Shown here piece by piece: positions 37,643-47,545 of a stretch of DNA of 64,000 nucleotides. Location of the stretch: the IMG/VR virus record IMGVR_UViG_3300029319_000007; one strand, 5' to 3'. Both the position numbers and the translations under genes were made by a program. A model generated the notes under the pieces. The model saw only the letters and a list, made by a program, of their open reading frames with translations. It was not told the DNA's origin and made no database searches. Each line of letters begins with the position of its first letter. The first letter of the stretch is position 1. The stretch comes from a virus.

Positions 37643-37915
37643 TTAGGTTATACAAAGAAAATTAGGTATACCCCCATTTACTAACCAGACTTGTTTTTTA
37701 TTGTGAAAATCTGCAAATTCTTTTGCTTGACCTTTAACATCAAATGTGCTAATAACCTTAGTATTATCTTTAAAATGTTCTAATACTTGAAATCTGTACT
37801 TGCGTCCTTTCTTGACTGTTTCGACTTCGTAAACTAATTTACTCCTCGAACTTGAAGTCTTGGAACTTTTTGTACTTTTCTTCTGGCGTTTCTTTTTCAA
37901 GGTTGTGTTCGACAT
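37643..37915 (-). CDS. hypothetical protein
   Basis: GGAG RBS; C-terminal NGGIPNFL; overlaps the gp41 3' end. Confidence 0.55.
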   Translation of the reverse strand: MSNTTLKKKRQKKSTKSSKTSSSRSKLVYEVETVKKGRKYRFQVLEHFKDNTKVISTFDVKGQAKEFADFHNKKQVWLVNGGIPNFLCIT

Positions 37916-39242
37916 ATTTCTCCTCTTCTGGTTGTATTAGATTCTGTGCTGCTTGTTCAATATCAAACAGTTTCATTCTTGCACGATCAACACCAATAAT
38001 AAACTTACGATTAAGTGTTGGGTCATTATATCTGTTCTTCAATTGTTTGACAAGCATTTGCCCGGCACGCTCTAATTCTTCACTTGATATTAAGGCAAAC
38101 ATAAAATCTGCTGTCGCAGGTAAACCAAAACTTTCTGATGTATCTTCAAGACCAATGTCACTTGACACGAAACCTGTTCTTGTAGTTTGTGTTGCAGTCA
38201 CAATAGGTAAATCTAATTCAACAGCAAGACCTCTCATTTCTTCGGCAATCGCCTTGATGTAAGTATAACTATTGACATTACTACCTGGTCTAAATCTTGC
38301 ACTTGCACATATATTAATATAATCAACAAAGATAATATCAGGTTTAAATGTTCGTTTAAGTGCTAGTTCGTTTACTAATGTTCTTATATGTCCTGTGTGA
38401 GCAGAAGCAGTAGGATATTCTTTTATGATCAAAGTACCTGTTGTTTTACTTTGTAAGTTTGTAATCTTATCATTGAATAGTTTTCTATTCAACATGTGTA
38501 AATCTTCCATAGAAATATTAAGTAAGTTTGCGTCTATTCTTTCGGCAATTCTTTCTTCTGCCATTTCTAAAGTGATATACAAAACATTTTTATTTTGAGA
38601 TAATGCCGCTGCCGCTTGATGACACATGAATAAAGTTTTACCTACACCGGTACCTGCAAGGGCAACATTCAAAGTTTTTGTAGGCAAACCACCTTTTGTG
38701 ACTTTGTTGAAAAAGTCTAGATCAAAAGGTATTCTTGTTTCTCTTTTATGATAGAAATCAAATCGTTTTTCTATATCAAGTAAATAATCATGACCTACAG
38801 CACGATCAAAACTAACAGATAATGCGTCACGCAATATCTCAGGTATCGCTTCAGGTGAATGTTGTTTATCTTTACCATCTAATATTTGAATGCCGTTCAT
38901 GACAGCATTATGAATGGCACGATCTTTACAAAACTTTTCTGTAGTGTTAACTAACCAGTCTAAGTCTATTTCTTCTTTATTAAGAGTAGAAACTAAATCT
39001 ACAATCTTTTTAAATTCATCTTCATTTAGGTCTTTGCGTTTGCCTAAATCTATTTGTAGAGTTTCTTTTGTAGGGCGTTTATTATATTGTTGAATAAACT
39101 TTTGTATTTCAGAAAATACGATACGCTCAGTACGATCATCAAAATACTCAGGTTTAAGAAAGGGTAAAACCTTTCGTGTGTAATCTTCGTTATGTAGAAG
39201 ATTCTTTAGTGTCGTCTTCTCTATTCTTTCCGCTGTCGCCAT
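37839..39242 (-). CDS. gp41: replicative DNA helicase (T4 gp41-like)
   Basis: AGTGVGKT, LEMAEE, VDYINI, SESFGLPATADF and KQLKNRY motifs. Confidence 0.95.
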   Translation of the reverse strand: MATAERIEKTTLKNLLHNEDYTRKVLPFLKPEYFDDRTERIVFSEIQKFIQQYNKRPTKETLQIDLGKRKDLNEDEFKKIVDLVSTLNKEEIDLDWLVNTTEKFCKDRAIHNAVMNGIQILDGKDKQHSPEAIPEILRDALSVSFDRAVGHDYLLDIEKRFDFYHKRETRIPFDLDFFNKVTKGGLPTKTLNVALAGTGVGKTLFMCHQAAAALSQNKNVLYITLEMAEERIAERIDANLLNISMEDLHMLNRKLFNDKITNLQSKTTGTLIIKEYPTASAHTGHIRTLVNELALKRTFKPDIIFVDYINICASARFRPGSNVNSYTYIKAIAEEMRGLAVELDLPIVTATQTTRTGFVSSDIGLEDTSESFGLPATADFMFALISSEELERAGQMLVKQLKNRYNDPTLNRKFIIGVDRARMKLFDIEQAAQNLIQPEEEKYVEHNLEKETPEEKYKKFQDFKFEE

Positions 39243-39492
39243 TGTTCTCCTTCTCTACTTCGATTGCTAAAATATCACCCATTACATTTATAAAGTCACT
39301 AGAATCTGTATCACACTCGTTAGGATTCTCATGCACATTATATTCAAATTTAAGTCTTAACTTTTCATCTTCTTCAATAGGCGAAACTTTTCCATATGTG
39401 TATATGACATCTTTATATGTACCTTCTTCTATCTTAAATCCTGTTAATTGATTTTTAGGATTTTCTTGATAACTATACTTCGGGATTGCCAT
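39190..39492 (-). CDS. hypothetical protein at the T4 gp40 position
   Basis: Lies between uvsX and gp41; [11 protein letters not shown]. Confidence 0.55.
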   Translation of the reverse strand: MAIPKYSYQENPKNQLTGFKIEEGTYKDVIYTYGKVSPIEEDEKLRLKFEYNVHENPNECDTDSSDFINVMGDILAIEVEKENNGDSGKNREDDTKESST

Positions 39493-40504
39493 AACTATAT
39501 TCTTTTGTTGCTGCTTCGTCTATTTGTTTTAGTATATCGTCAGTAAAGTATTTCTCTGGATCAGCGTAAATACTTTTTGCATATTGTTTTGTACCATCTG
39601 GTAGTTCTATTCTTGTTGAAACTTGTTTGAAGATACCATACTTAGTTGCTAAGTCTAGTAAACCATAATATTTATCTAAACCAGTATCGTATCGTAATCT
39701 AACATCTACCATCATATTCTCTTTTGATAATCTACTCTTTTGAGTTTTACAATGTATAATATTACCTACAACTTCTGTGCCTTCTTTATCTTTTTTCTTA
39801 GATAGATAAATGATTGTTGAAGCAGCATATTTCAAACCAGAACCGCCACCCATTTCTTTTGTAGGCATATATGCACCCACAACATCATAAGTATGATTTG
39901 TTATAACCATTGGCACTTTTGCACGACCTAGTTTTAAAGTTAACACTCTAAACGCTGCCTTCAATACTTGTGCTCTAGTCATATCTCTAGTTTCTTTACC
40001 GTCTGCTGTATCTTCAACTTCTTTAGTTGTTGATAACATACCTAAACTATCTAAGACTAATAATAATGGTTTTCTATCTGCTTCATTTTGTTCCATATAT
40101 TTGTCTAGTACAGTTAAGGATTGTGTTCTAAATTCTTGTACTGTTGTCACAGGCATGATAATCATTCTTTCACTATCAATACCTCTGTCTTCAATTAATT
40201 TTTTTGTTAATGCACTTTCACTCTCAAAATAGATAACACCTGCGTCAGGATTATTATCTAGAAAATGTTTTACCATACCTAATACAAAGAAAGTTTTACC
40301 TGTCGCACTTTCACCTGCAAGAGCAGTTATTTTATTTGAAGGTATGCCGCCATGAATACTTCCTGATAACAAAGCATTAAACATGTATGAACCTGTATTA
40401 ATAAATGTATCGACATCACCTGCCTCGACACCTTCACTCACTAGTGAAGCATATTCATTTCCTGTTTCTTTAATTATCTGTTTTAGAAAGTCCGGCATTA
40501 TCAT
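39473..40504 (-). CDS. uvsX: RecA-like recombinase UvsX
   Basis: [25 protein letters not shown] and GGGSGLKY motifs. Confidence 0.95.
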   Translation of the reverse strand: MIMPDFLKQIIKETGNEYASLVSEGVEAGDVDTFINTGSYMFNALLSGSIHGGIPSNKITALAGESATGKTFFVLGMVKHFLDNNPDAGVIYFESESALTKKLIEDRGIDSERMIIMPVTTVQEFRTQSLTVLDKYMEQNEADRKPLLLVLDSLGMLSTTKEVEDTADGKETRDMTRAQVLKAAFRVLTLKLGRAKVPMVITNHTYDVVGAYMPTKEMGGGSGLKYAASTIIYLSKKKDKEGTEVVGNIIHCKTQKSRLSKENMMVDVRLRYDTGLDKYYGLLDLATKYGIFKQVSTRIELPDGTKQYAKSIYADPEKYFTDDILKQIDEAATKEYSYGNPEV

Positions 40505-40682
40505 TCTCCTTTTGTTGTTTCTGTATCATGTATTGTAATTTTTCATACAGTTTACCTACAGTTGTACATTCGTCAGCACGAATACTACCTCTTTGTAAAG
40601 ACGCTTGTATTATTTTTATCATTGTGCCATAGTCTGCAACTGTCATGTTTTGTTGATCTAGTTTTTCTAATAGTTCTTTCAT
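40470..40682 (-). CDS. hypothetical protein
   Basis: GAGGAG RBS. Confidence 0.6.
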   Translation of the reverse strand: MKELLEKLDQQNMTVADYGTMIKIIQASLQRGSIRADECTTVGKLYEKLQYMIQKQQKENDNAGLSKTDN

Positions 40683-40705
40683 TATATCACACTCCTCTCA
40701 TAAAA

Positions 40706-41989
40706 TCAAGCAAAAAATTCATCTATTGTTGTTTTCTTAAATAAATCAATATCTTCGTTAGAAAAATACCATATATTTTCTATGAATATATTATTCATAA
40801 AGTCTTTTTTCTCTTGTTCGTCTTTGAACAATTTATCACTTTTAGGTCGTTGCATAATTCTCATGCCTATCTGACCTTTGAATCTAGTATCGTATTTACT
40901 ACTATACTTATCACATATTTCATCACCAGTTCTATATCTTTTACCTTTTATTTGTGGATCCATAATATTAATAAGTGTGTGTTTTGATCTTTTAATACAT
41001 TGATCACTTACAGGTAAAAAGAAATTATCACGCCATTTATCATACTCATTAAACTTATGCCATGATTGATCTTCTTCATGTTCGCCACCTTTATTATATT
41101 CTTCAGTAGAAAAATAAGGAGGACTTGTAAATGAACAATCTACATTATTAATATCGTCCCAAGGCAAATCTTCTGCACCACATCTATATATCGTGACTTT
41201 CTTAGACGCATTAATAGTAAATACATTTCTGTCTTCTTTAATTATAGGATTATTATTACCTAATATTCTTTCATACTCATCAACTTGTTTCATATACATT
41301 GCAAAAGTATTAGGATTAGGATCACAACCAATATATTCTTTTGCATTTGATGTATAAAAACCTGCAAGTCTATCGCCCCAACCACAACTTGTATCTAAAA
41401 CTTTATTTGCGTTTGTTAAGTCATATATTGCCTTTGCAACAACTGGTTTAAATTGTGTTGCAATATATGTGCCTAATCTAAATGCACTCATGTAAACTTT
41501 CTCATCTAATATTTTCTTTTCATTAATGCCTCGCCAGATAGGACCAAAACAACGCCATATATCTTTTGCATTGCCATTTTGCCATACATCTACAGGTGAT
41601 CGAAAACCATAACTACTACAATTTAATCTTAACTCTTGCATAAAGTAATTTGAAACTGTACTATATGCACTTGTGCCTTCTATTAAACCTAAACCATATT
41701 CATCAAAAGAATATTTGTAATCATCATATTTTTCAAATACAGTTTTTTCTATTTGTTCTTTTGATTTTATATTCTTACTTGTGTCAAAAGATTTTAAATC
41801 AAGAAAGTTAGTAATCATATCTTGTTTAGATATAAACTTAAATGGAAAAGGTGGGCGATTAACAGAGATATATTCTGCTAAGTCTTCTCTAAATTTTTCT
41901 TTGCCATATTTTTCTGTGACATATTGAAACTGTTCTTTATTCATAACAGGCAACTTAACATCATTTAAATAAGGTGTAAAATCTATCAT
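40706..41989 (-). CDS. putative amino-(N6A/N4C) DNA methyltransferase
   Basis: QFKP..A, VLDTSCGWGDRLAG, YIGCDPN and FTSPPYF motifs. Confidence 0.8.
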   Translation of the reverse strand: MIDFTPYLNDVKLPVMNKEQFQYVTEKYGKEKFREDLAEYISVNRPPFPFKFISKQDMITNFLDLKSFDTSKNIKSKEQIEKTVFEKYDDYKYSFDEYGLGLIEGTSAYSTVSNYFMQELRLNCSSYGFRSPVDVWQNGNAKDIWRCFGPIWRGINEKKILDEKVYMSAFRLGTYIATQFKPVVAKAIYDLTNANKVLDTSCGWGDRLAGFYTSNAKEYIGCDPNPNTFAMYMKQVDEYERILGNNNPIIKEDRNVFTINASKKVTIYRCGAEDLPWDDINNVDCSFTSPPYFSTEEYNKGGEHEEDQSWHKFNEYDKWRDNFFLPVSDQCIKRSKHTLINIMDPQIKGKRYRTGDEICDKYSSKYDTRFKGQIGMRIMQRPKSDKLFKDEQEKKDFMNNIFIENIWYFSNEDIDLFKKTTIDEFFA

Positions 41990-44463
41990 GCAAAAAAGTC
42001 CTCTACAGTATTACTATCAGAAGCGTCAATCTTCCATCTTATTGCGTCAAGAATAAATCTGAAAGGTTCCATGAATGCCTTGTTAAATTGTTGTTCATAA
42101 TCTATAAGACCATGCATATCAAATTCTTTAGGTAGTTTAGAAACAAAAGTAATAACATTTGCATTCCATTTGTTTTTTCTTAAATGAACAAATCGTATTT
42201 TATCACCATTCATTATCTTAGGATATTTGTGTTCTAGTTTATGTTGTTTAAGTAAATGATTATAAATCAATGCACCTTTAACATGCATGGGTGTGCCCTT
42301 TTTGTAAATAGATGTTTCATCTTTATATTTACCTGTGCCGTTAACACTTCTAGGAAAACCAATATCTTCAGGTTGTAATAATTCAAAATCTCTACGAAAG
42401 TTTACAATAAACTCTTTCATTTCTTTTTGATCGCCGCCCATGATAACTTTAAAACCTTCTTTCATTTTTTCTCGACAAGGTAAAGGTGTTGATGTTTTTA
42501 CTGCCTCGATACCCATAATCTTTAATTTAGGTTCTTTATATTGTACACCCTCTGAGTTATGCACATTGAGAATATATCTTTTCTTAGCAGTCCAGATACC
42601 TTTGTCTGCGATAACTTCTCGTTTCATAACCATTTTGTTTTGAAACACATTCATATATTTACCAAGTTCAGCATAACAATCTGCAATATAAGGTTCTAGT
42701 TTATCTGAACAAAACTTATCTAACGCTTTTACAATTTTTACTTTGTCAGTTGCACCCGACATGTTAACAAGTGGCGCCATGTTAATATAAACTGAATCTG
42801 TATCAGAAGCAATAATATAATCTTTTCTATCTGTTTGATATAGTTTATTAAAGTATGCGTTTAGTTTCATTTCAATCCATTTAATATTCAACTGACCTGA
42901 TAGTGTGACTGCTTCTGCTTGTCTGTGATCGTAAAATCTAAAGTATCTATTACCTATCGCACCGTAGGCACTATTCAATGCAATCTTTTTAGAATGTTGA
43001 ATGATATAATATTTTCTAGCAAGTTTTTCATATTTTTTATCTTTAGTGTTAGCATATTGTTGTTCTGCTTCTAACATCTTCTTTTTAAATGTCACTCTAT
43101 CATCATATTCTTTTTGTATAATTCTAGGCAACATGCCTTGTTTATCTCTTTTAAACATTGCACCGTTTGCCGCTAAACAATTACCATCGCTTGTATCTAT
43201 TCTTTTATTCAGTAAATCATCTTGATTAACAGGTCTCTTTTCAGGAAACATTGTCTCAGGTGAAATATTATATTGCATAATTAAGTGAGGATATAGTGAG
43301 TTCAAATCAAATGATACAACCCAATCATGAAAACCTGTTTGAGGTTCTTTTACAAAAGCACCTACAAGTTCTTCTTTATGTTCTTTAGGTTTCATATCAC
43401 GCATAGGTATGATGATATTATATTTTAATAAGTCATTGTAAATAATAGTATCCCAAATACGAACAGGTGAGAATATATCTTCATAGTTTGCTTTTGCGTT
43501 GTAAGTTGTACCTAAAGTCAAATCAATAAGTTGTAATCTATCTTCTAGTTTATCGACTAACTCAACATCAACAATATTATATTCTATGAATGATTGTATG
43601 TCTTGTTGATACCATTCTTTGAAAGTATCATAAGGGTTTTCATCTTTGCGTTCACCTAGTTCTACAAATGCAATATGATCAAGAGTATATCTCTCTTGCA
43701 TTTTAATTGTAAATTTTGTATAGAGTTGTAGATAGTCAAGTTGTGCGATACCTAACAATCTAAAAAATGTTTGTGATTTACCTCTTACATATGCAGTATC
43801 TTCATCAATAATATTCCAAGGTGATAATCTCTTAGTTGCACTTTCACCTATTATCTTTTTCATTCTATTAACAAGATAAGGTAAGTCAAAGTATTTACTA
43901 TTCCAACCTGTGATAATATCAGGAGGATACTTAGACCAGAATTTTAAAAATTTTATAAGTAAATCTTTTTCACCTGTACATTTTACATAGTGAACATTTT
44001 TTTGTTTTACTTGAAAATCAACAAGACCCCAAACTAAAATGTTTTTTGTATTGTGATCTTTTACAGTAATACATATCATTTCTTCTACTGCTTGATTTAC
44101 ATTAGGAAAACCTTGTTCAGCAGTCACCTCAATATCTATTGTATAGATACGAAGTTTTTCTCTTTCGTAATCTACAATGCCAGGATATGCGTCTGAAATA
44201 TATTGATATTGAAATCTATCTGTGCCATGAATAAATTCAGAATGATCCTCGTATCGTTTGATTGCTGATCTTGCTTCTTTGATTGATTGATATGTTTTAG
44301 GTGCTAGTTTTTTACCACTTAATGATTGATATTTTGAATCGCCTCTGGTAGGTAGATATAGTCTAGGTGTCCAGGTAATACGATCTTCAAATCGTTCACC
44401 ATTCTCAAAACCTCTAACTAATAATTGATCACCATAAGGCGAAACATTGGTATAAAAACGCAT
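41986..44463 (-). CDS. gp43: family B DNA polymerase (T4 gp43-like)
   Basis: DIEV exonuclease, SFDLNSLYPH, KIALNSAYG, ASDTDS and KKRY motifs. Confidence 0.97.
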   Translation of the reverse strand: MRFYTNVSPYGDQLLVRGFENGERFEDRITWTPRLYLPTRGDSKYQSLSGKKLAPKTYQSIKEARSAIKRYEDHSEFIHGTDRFQYQYISDAYPGIVDYEREKLRIYTIDIEVTAEQGFPNVNQAVEEMICITVKDHNTKNILVWGLVDFQVKQKNVHYVKCTGEKDLLIKFLKFWSKYPPDIITGWNSKYFDLPYLVNRMKKIIGESATKRLSPWNIIDEDTAYVRGKSQTFFRLLGIAQLDYLQLYTKFTIKMQERYTLDHIAFVELGERKDENPYDTFKEWYQQDIQSFIEYNIVDVELVDKLEDRLQLIDLTLGTTYNAKANYEDIFSPVRIWDTIIYNDLLKYNIIIPMRDMKPKEHKEELVGAFVKEPQTGFHDWVVSFDLNSLYPHLIMQYNISPETMFPEKRPVNQDDLLNKRIDTSDGNCLAANGAMFKRDKQGMLPRIIQKEYDDRVTFKKKMLEAEQQYANTKDKKYEKLARKYYIIQHSKKIALNSAYGAIGNRYFRFYDHRQAEAVTLSGQLNIKWIEMKLNAYFNKLYQTDRKDYIIASDTDSVYINMAPLVNMSGATDKVKIVKALDKFCSDKLEPYIADCYAELGKYMNVFQNKMVMKREVIADKGIWTAKKRYILNVHNSEGVQYKEPKLKIMGIEAVKTSTPLPCREKMKEGFKVIMGGDQKEMKEFIVNFRRDFELLQPEDIGFPRSVNGTGKYKDETSIYKKGTPMHVKGALIYNHLLKQHKLEHKYPKIMNGDKIRFVHLRKNKWNANVITFVSKLPKEFDMHGLIDYEQQFNKAFMEPFRFILDAIRWKIDASDSNTVEDFFA

Positions 44464-44468
44464 AATAT

Positions 44469-44497
44469 ATTATATCACTATTGACTTAAAAAGTCAA
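44469..44497 (-). promoter_or_regulatory. sigma70 promoter TTGACT-17-TATAAT for gp43
   Basis: -35 at 44492-44497, -10 at 44469-44474; ATG at 44463. Confidence 0.75.
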
Positions 44498-44499
44498 GC

Positions 44500-44727
44500 C
44501 TAGTTTTCACGAATAAAGTGTTTTTTGATTACATCTAATTGATCTTCATATTGAGCAATCTTATCTAATTCTTTTTCTATTGTTTCTACAATATCAGAAT
44601 GCTCGCCAATACCTATAGCAGTTCTAAGATAGATTTCCACATTTGCTTTGTGTTTCTCTATTTGCCCTTCAGCATGCTTTCGTAAAGCGTCTAGTAAGAT
44701 ATGTCTGTTATGTGGGTCAGGTGTCAT
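44500..44727 (-). CDS. conserved marine phage protein
   Basis: HKANVEIYL...GIGEHSDI motif. Confidence 0.75.
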   Translation of the reverse strand: MTPDPHNRHILLDALRKHAEGQIEKHKANVEIYLRTAIGIGEHSDIVETIEKELDKIAQYEDQLDVIKKHFIREN

Positions 44728-46125
44728 TTATTTCCTCTCATCTAGACTATACTTAGTTGTTGCAACATATTTTCTTGAAGGATTTACTGCAACATTAAGT
44801 AGTCTTAATATATTTCTGTTTAATAGAACAGGAGTTCTATCCTCTCTGTCGTCTATCATGAAATTACTAGTGTAATTAGTACCTTCAAACTCAAAATTTA
44901 ATTTTACTGTATATCTCTTTTCAGAATAATTATTTAATCCTCCTACATCTACATTAGATATTTTTACGATACTACTTGTAATTGTTTTATCATTTAATGT
45001 CCATGTTATAGATTTACCTTTTACATCAATTTTATCTGCATGTATTGTTGGCGCTGACGCACCATTACCAGTATCAAATTTTGCAATCAGTTCGCCAAAA
45101 GGTTTTATGTTTATGACTTCTAAAAATCCACATTGTGTTGAAACAGGATATCTATTATCAGGATTTGCAAAATGATCGATTACTGTTTTAACAATATTCT
45201 TACCTGACGCTTCTTCAATACCTTCTGTGCCTGGTGAATGATTAACTTCTAATATATATGGTGGTTCTGTTTTAGGATTTTTACTAGGTATAAAATCAAC
45301 TGCTGTCCATGAACCGTCAATTGCTTTTGACGCTTTTAAACTTTCTTCTATTTCTAGTTCAGTCATTTTATATTCTTTTACTTTTGCACCTTGCGAAACA
45401 TTTGATCTAAAGTCGCCTTCAATTACATCTCTTTTCATAGACGCAATAATTTTACCACCTAAGATTATTACTCTTATGTCGCCGTCTGTTTTAATATATT
45501 CTTGTAATAGTAAATCTATATCAGGATTTTCATTGTATAATAATTGCACTATAGATTCCATTTGTCTTTCAGATTCAATAAACAAAACACCTATGCCTTT
45601 AGAACCTTCTATTGTTTTCATGATACAAGGATATTTTAAATCAATACTTTCAAACGCTTGTTTCCAACCATCTTTGTTAGGTATTAATGCAGTTCTAGGT
45701 TGGGTTAAACCAAAGTCTTGTAGTTTTACATAAGTTCTATATTTGTCAGAAGATATCTCAACAACTTCTCTACTGTTTACCATAGTAATACCAGTTTTTT
45801 CAAGTCTAGATACTAAATTTAAATAACTTTTTTTTAATCTAACTGTGCCACGAACAAAGGCAACTGTATTGTCTCTGTTTAACTCAAAACCTTTTTTATC
45901 ATCTAGATTGTATATCTTATATACACCATCATGAAAACCAATATATGCACCTTCTATTTCTGCAATATATAATTCATGACCTGCTTTTTCTGCTTCTTCT
46001 TTAAATCTTCGTGCTGTACGAAATAGTTTTTGACCTTTAGGTTTTGGATCACCAGAAACTACAAGTATTCTGTATTTTGTATTTCCTGTTTGTTCTAGAA
46101 AAGATTTAATCTTGTTGACTTTCAT
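44728..46125 (-). CDS. RimK-like ATP-grasp ligase fused to C-terminal RimK-associated aspartic protease-like domain
   Basis: DKY, PRT, KTIEGSKGIGV, QEYI, DIRV, FRSN and LEVNHSPG motifs; C-terminal AKFDTGN...LLNR. Confidence 0.85.
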   Translation of the reverse strand: MKVNKIKSFLEQTGNTKYRILVVSGDPKPKGQKLFRTARRFKEEAEKAGHELYIAEIEGAYIGFHDGVYKIYNLDDKKGFELNRDNTVAFVRGTVRLKKSYLNLVSRLEKTGITMVNSREVVEISSDKYRTYVKLQDFGLTQPRTALIPNKDGWKQAFESIDLKYPCIMKTIEGSKGIGVLFIESERQMESIVQLLYNENPDIDLLLQEYIKTDGDIRVIILGGKIIASMKRDVIEGDFRSNVSQGAKVKEYKMTELEIEESLKASKAIDGSWTAVDFIPSKNPKTEPPYILEVNHSPGTEGIEEASGKNIVKTVIDHFANPDNRYPVSTQCGFLEVINIKPFGELIAKFDTGNGASAPTIHADKIDVKGKSITWTLNDKTITSSIVKISNVDVGGLNNYSEKRYTVKLNFEFEGTNYTSNFMIDDREDRTPVLLNRNILRLLNVAVNPSRKYVATTKYSLDERK

Positions 46126-46537
46126 TTGGGTCTTCTTCTTTTTTCTTGCCTATGTTATATTTAGGTTCAAGTACCCATTCGTTCTTTTCTTTAAATGGTA
46201 ATACTTTTATCTGTGATAACGGTGCCTTAGTTGTCACTTCACCTACTAATTCAATTAAACCCCAATCACTTAAAAGTTGTGCAATTGTGTTTCTTCTTTC
46301 TATATCGTTAATAAAAATATTTGCTGTCTTGCCGTCTAGGGCAAACAGTTCTTTAAAATGTACAATAAAATATCTACCTTGTTTATGTAGAATATGACAC
46401 GACTGGTATATCTTGCGTTCTTTTCTACTTGCAACCCCTATTCGTGTAAGTGTCTCTCTTATTTTTAGGAAATCATCTGGCTCTTTGATCTTCACCTCGA
46501 GCATACTGTCTGGTTTCCATTCTATAACCTCACTCAT
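46106..46537 (-). CDS. regA: T4 translational repressor RegA
   Basis: DDFLKIRETLTRIGVAS...QSCHILHKQGRYFIVHFKELF. Confidence 0.95.
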   Translation of the reverse strand: MSEVIEWKPDSMLEVKIKEPDDFLKIRETLTRIGVASRKERKIYQSCHILHKQGRYFIVHFKELFALDGKTANIFINDIERRNTIAQLLSDWGLIELVGEVTTKAPLSQIKVLPFKEKNEWVLEPKYNIGKKKEEDPNESQQD

Positions 46538-46932
46538 TTCTTTTTCCCACCTTTACTTATTTTTTCTTTAATATAATCAATCTGTTCTTTAGTCAGTAAA
46601 GATAAAACTTCTTTCGCCCTATTATTACTATATTTGTAATACTCTTTGATTGCCTCTAAATCTTTGATTTTAGACGCTTTCAACCATTTGCTAAATCTTT
46701 TTTGACTTCTTATAGTATTTAGTAGAAACGAAAATTGCATATGTTTTGTTGCATGATGTAATCTATTCATTTCGTTTGCCATCATAACAGTATCAGAAAA
46801 GTATGATAGACCCTTATTGATTATATAAGGTGGGTATTTCTTTTCCCATGCTTCATCATCTGTGTCCATCAATTTCTTTTTAGACCAGTTGATTGCTGTG
46901 AGATAACTTGTTAAACTATAATCTTCACTCAT
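46534..46932 (-). CDS. gp62: clamp loader small subunit (gp62)
   Basis: YPPYIINKGLS..DT..ANEMN, KRFSKW and YYKYSN..A motifs. Confidence 0.9.
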   Translation of the reverse strand: MSEDYSLTSYLTAINWSKKKLMDTDDEAWEKKYPPYIINKGLSYFSDTVMMANEMNRLHHATKHMQFSFLLNTIRSQKRFSKWLKASKIKDLEAIKEYYKYSNNRAKEVLSLLTKEQIDYIKEKISKGGKKK

Positions 46933-47545
46933 TAATATACCTATCTAATGTTGCTTCTTTAGGTTTATGTAAAGCAGTTTTTGTAGCACATTGCCAAACA
47001 TCCCAAGCAGGTTTAGATATTGGCTTTTTAGTGGGTTGATCTAACTCTATTAGACCTTGTCCGTCTGTAATAAATTTTGTGTACACATGTCTTTGTTTTT
47101 CGTTAGGACCTGCTTTAGTGGTTATCATCGCTAATTGACCAGGCATAAAAGTACATTTATCTCTATTATCTCTAATGTCTTTTACTTCACCATATACATC
47201 AATATATTTGTAATCAACATGTTTACTATCACCTTTAGTTTCTAATTTGTTCATGTGTTCTAATAAAAAATTTGTTGCTACATCTCTCTCACCATCACCA
47301 CCTATAATGAATTGTTCTAATGAATTTCTATGTACATCATATCGTTTTTTTAGAAGTCTTATAAGTTCTTGTTCTTTTCTATGTAATAATGATTTAGGTA
47401 TTTCTTGAAAGAAATTAAATTCTATACTGGCAAGAGTAGTTCTATAATCTGATAATCTAGATTCTTTATTTTCACATTTACCTACAGTTAAAATCCATCT
47501 CAAAGTGTAAGGACAAATATTGAAAAATGCATATATACCACTCAT
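46925..47545 (-). CDS. hypothetical protein, GIY-YIG-like N-terminus
   Basis: SGIY...VGK.....RL..Y...E; inserted between gp44 and gp62. Confidence 0.5.
   Translation of the reverse strand: MSGIYAFFNICPYTLRWILTVGKCENKESRLSDYRTTLASIEFNFFQEIPKSLLHRKEQELIRLLKKRYDVHRNSLEQFIIGGDGERDVATNFLLEHMNKLETKGDSKHVDYKYIDVYGEVKDIRDNRDKCTFMPGQLAMITTKAGPNEKQRHVYTKFITDGQGLIELDQPTKKPISKPAWDVWQCATKTALHKPKEATLDRYINE

Noticed and set aside
19045-44463. Introns, inteins or stop-codon recoding in nrdA, gp41, uvsX and gp43
   Set aside because: All are continuous and of normal length under the standard code, and TAA, TAG and TGA all serve as stops.
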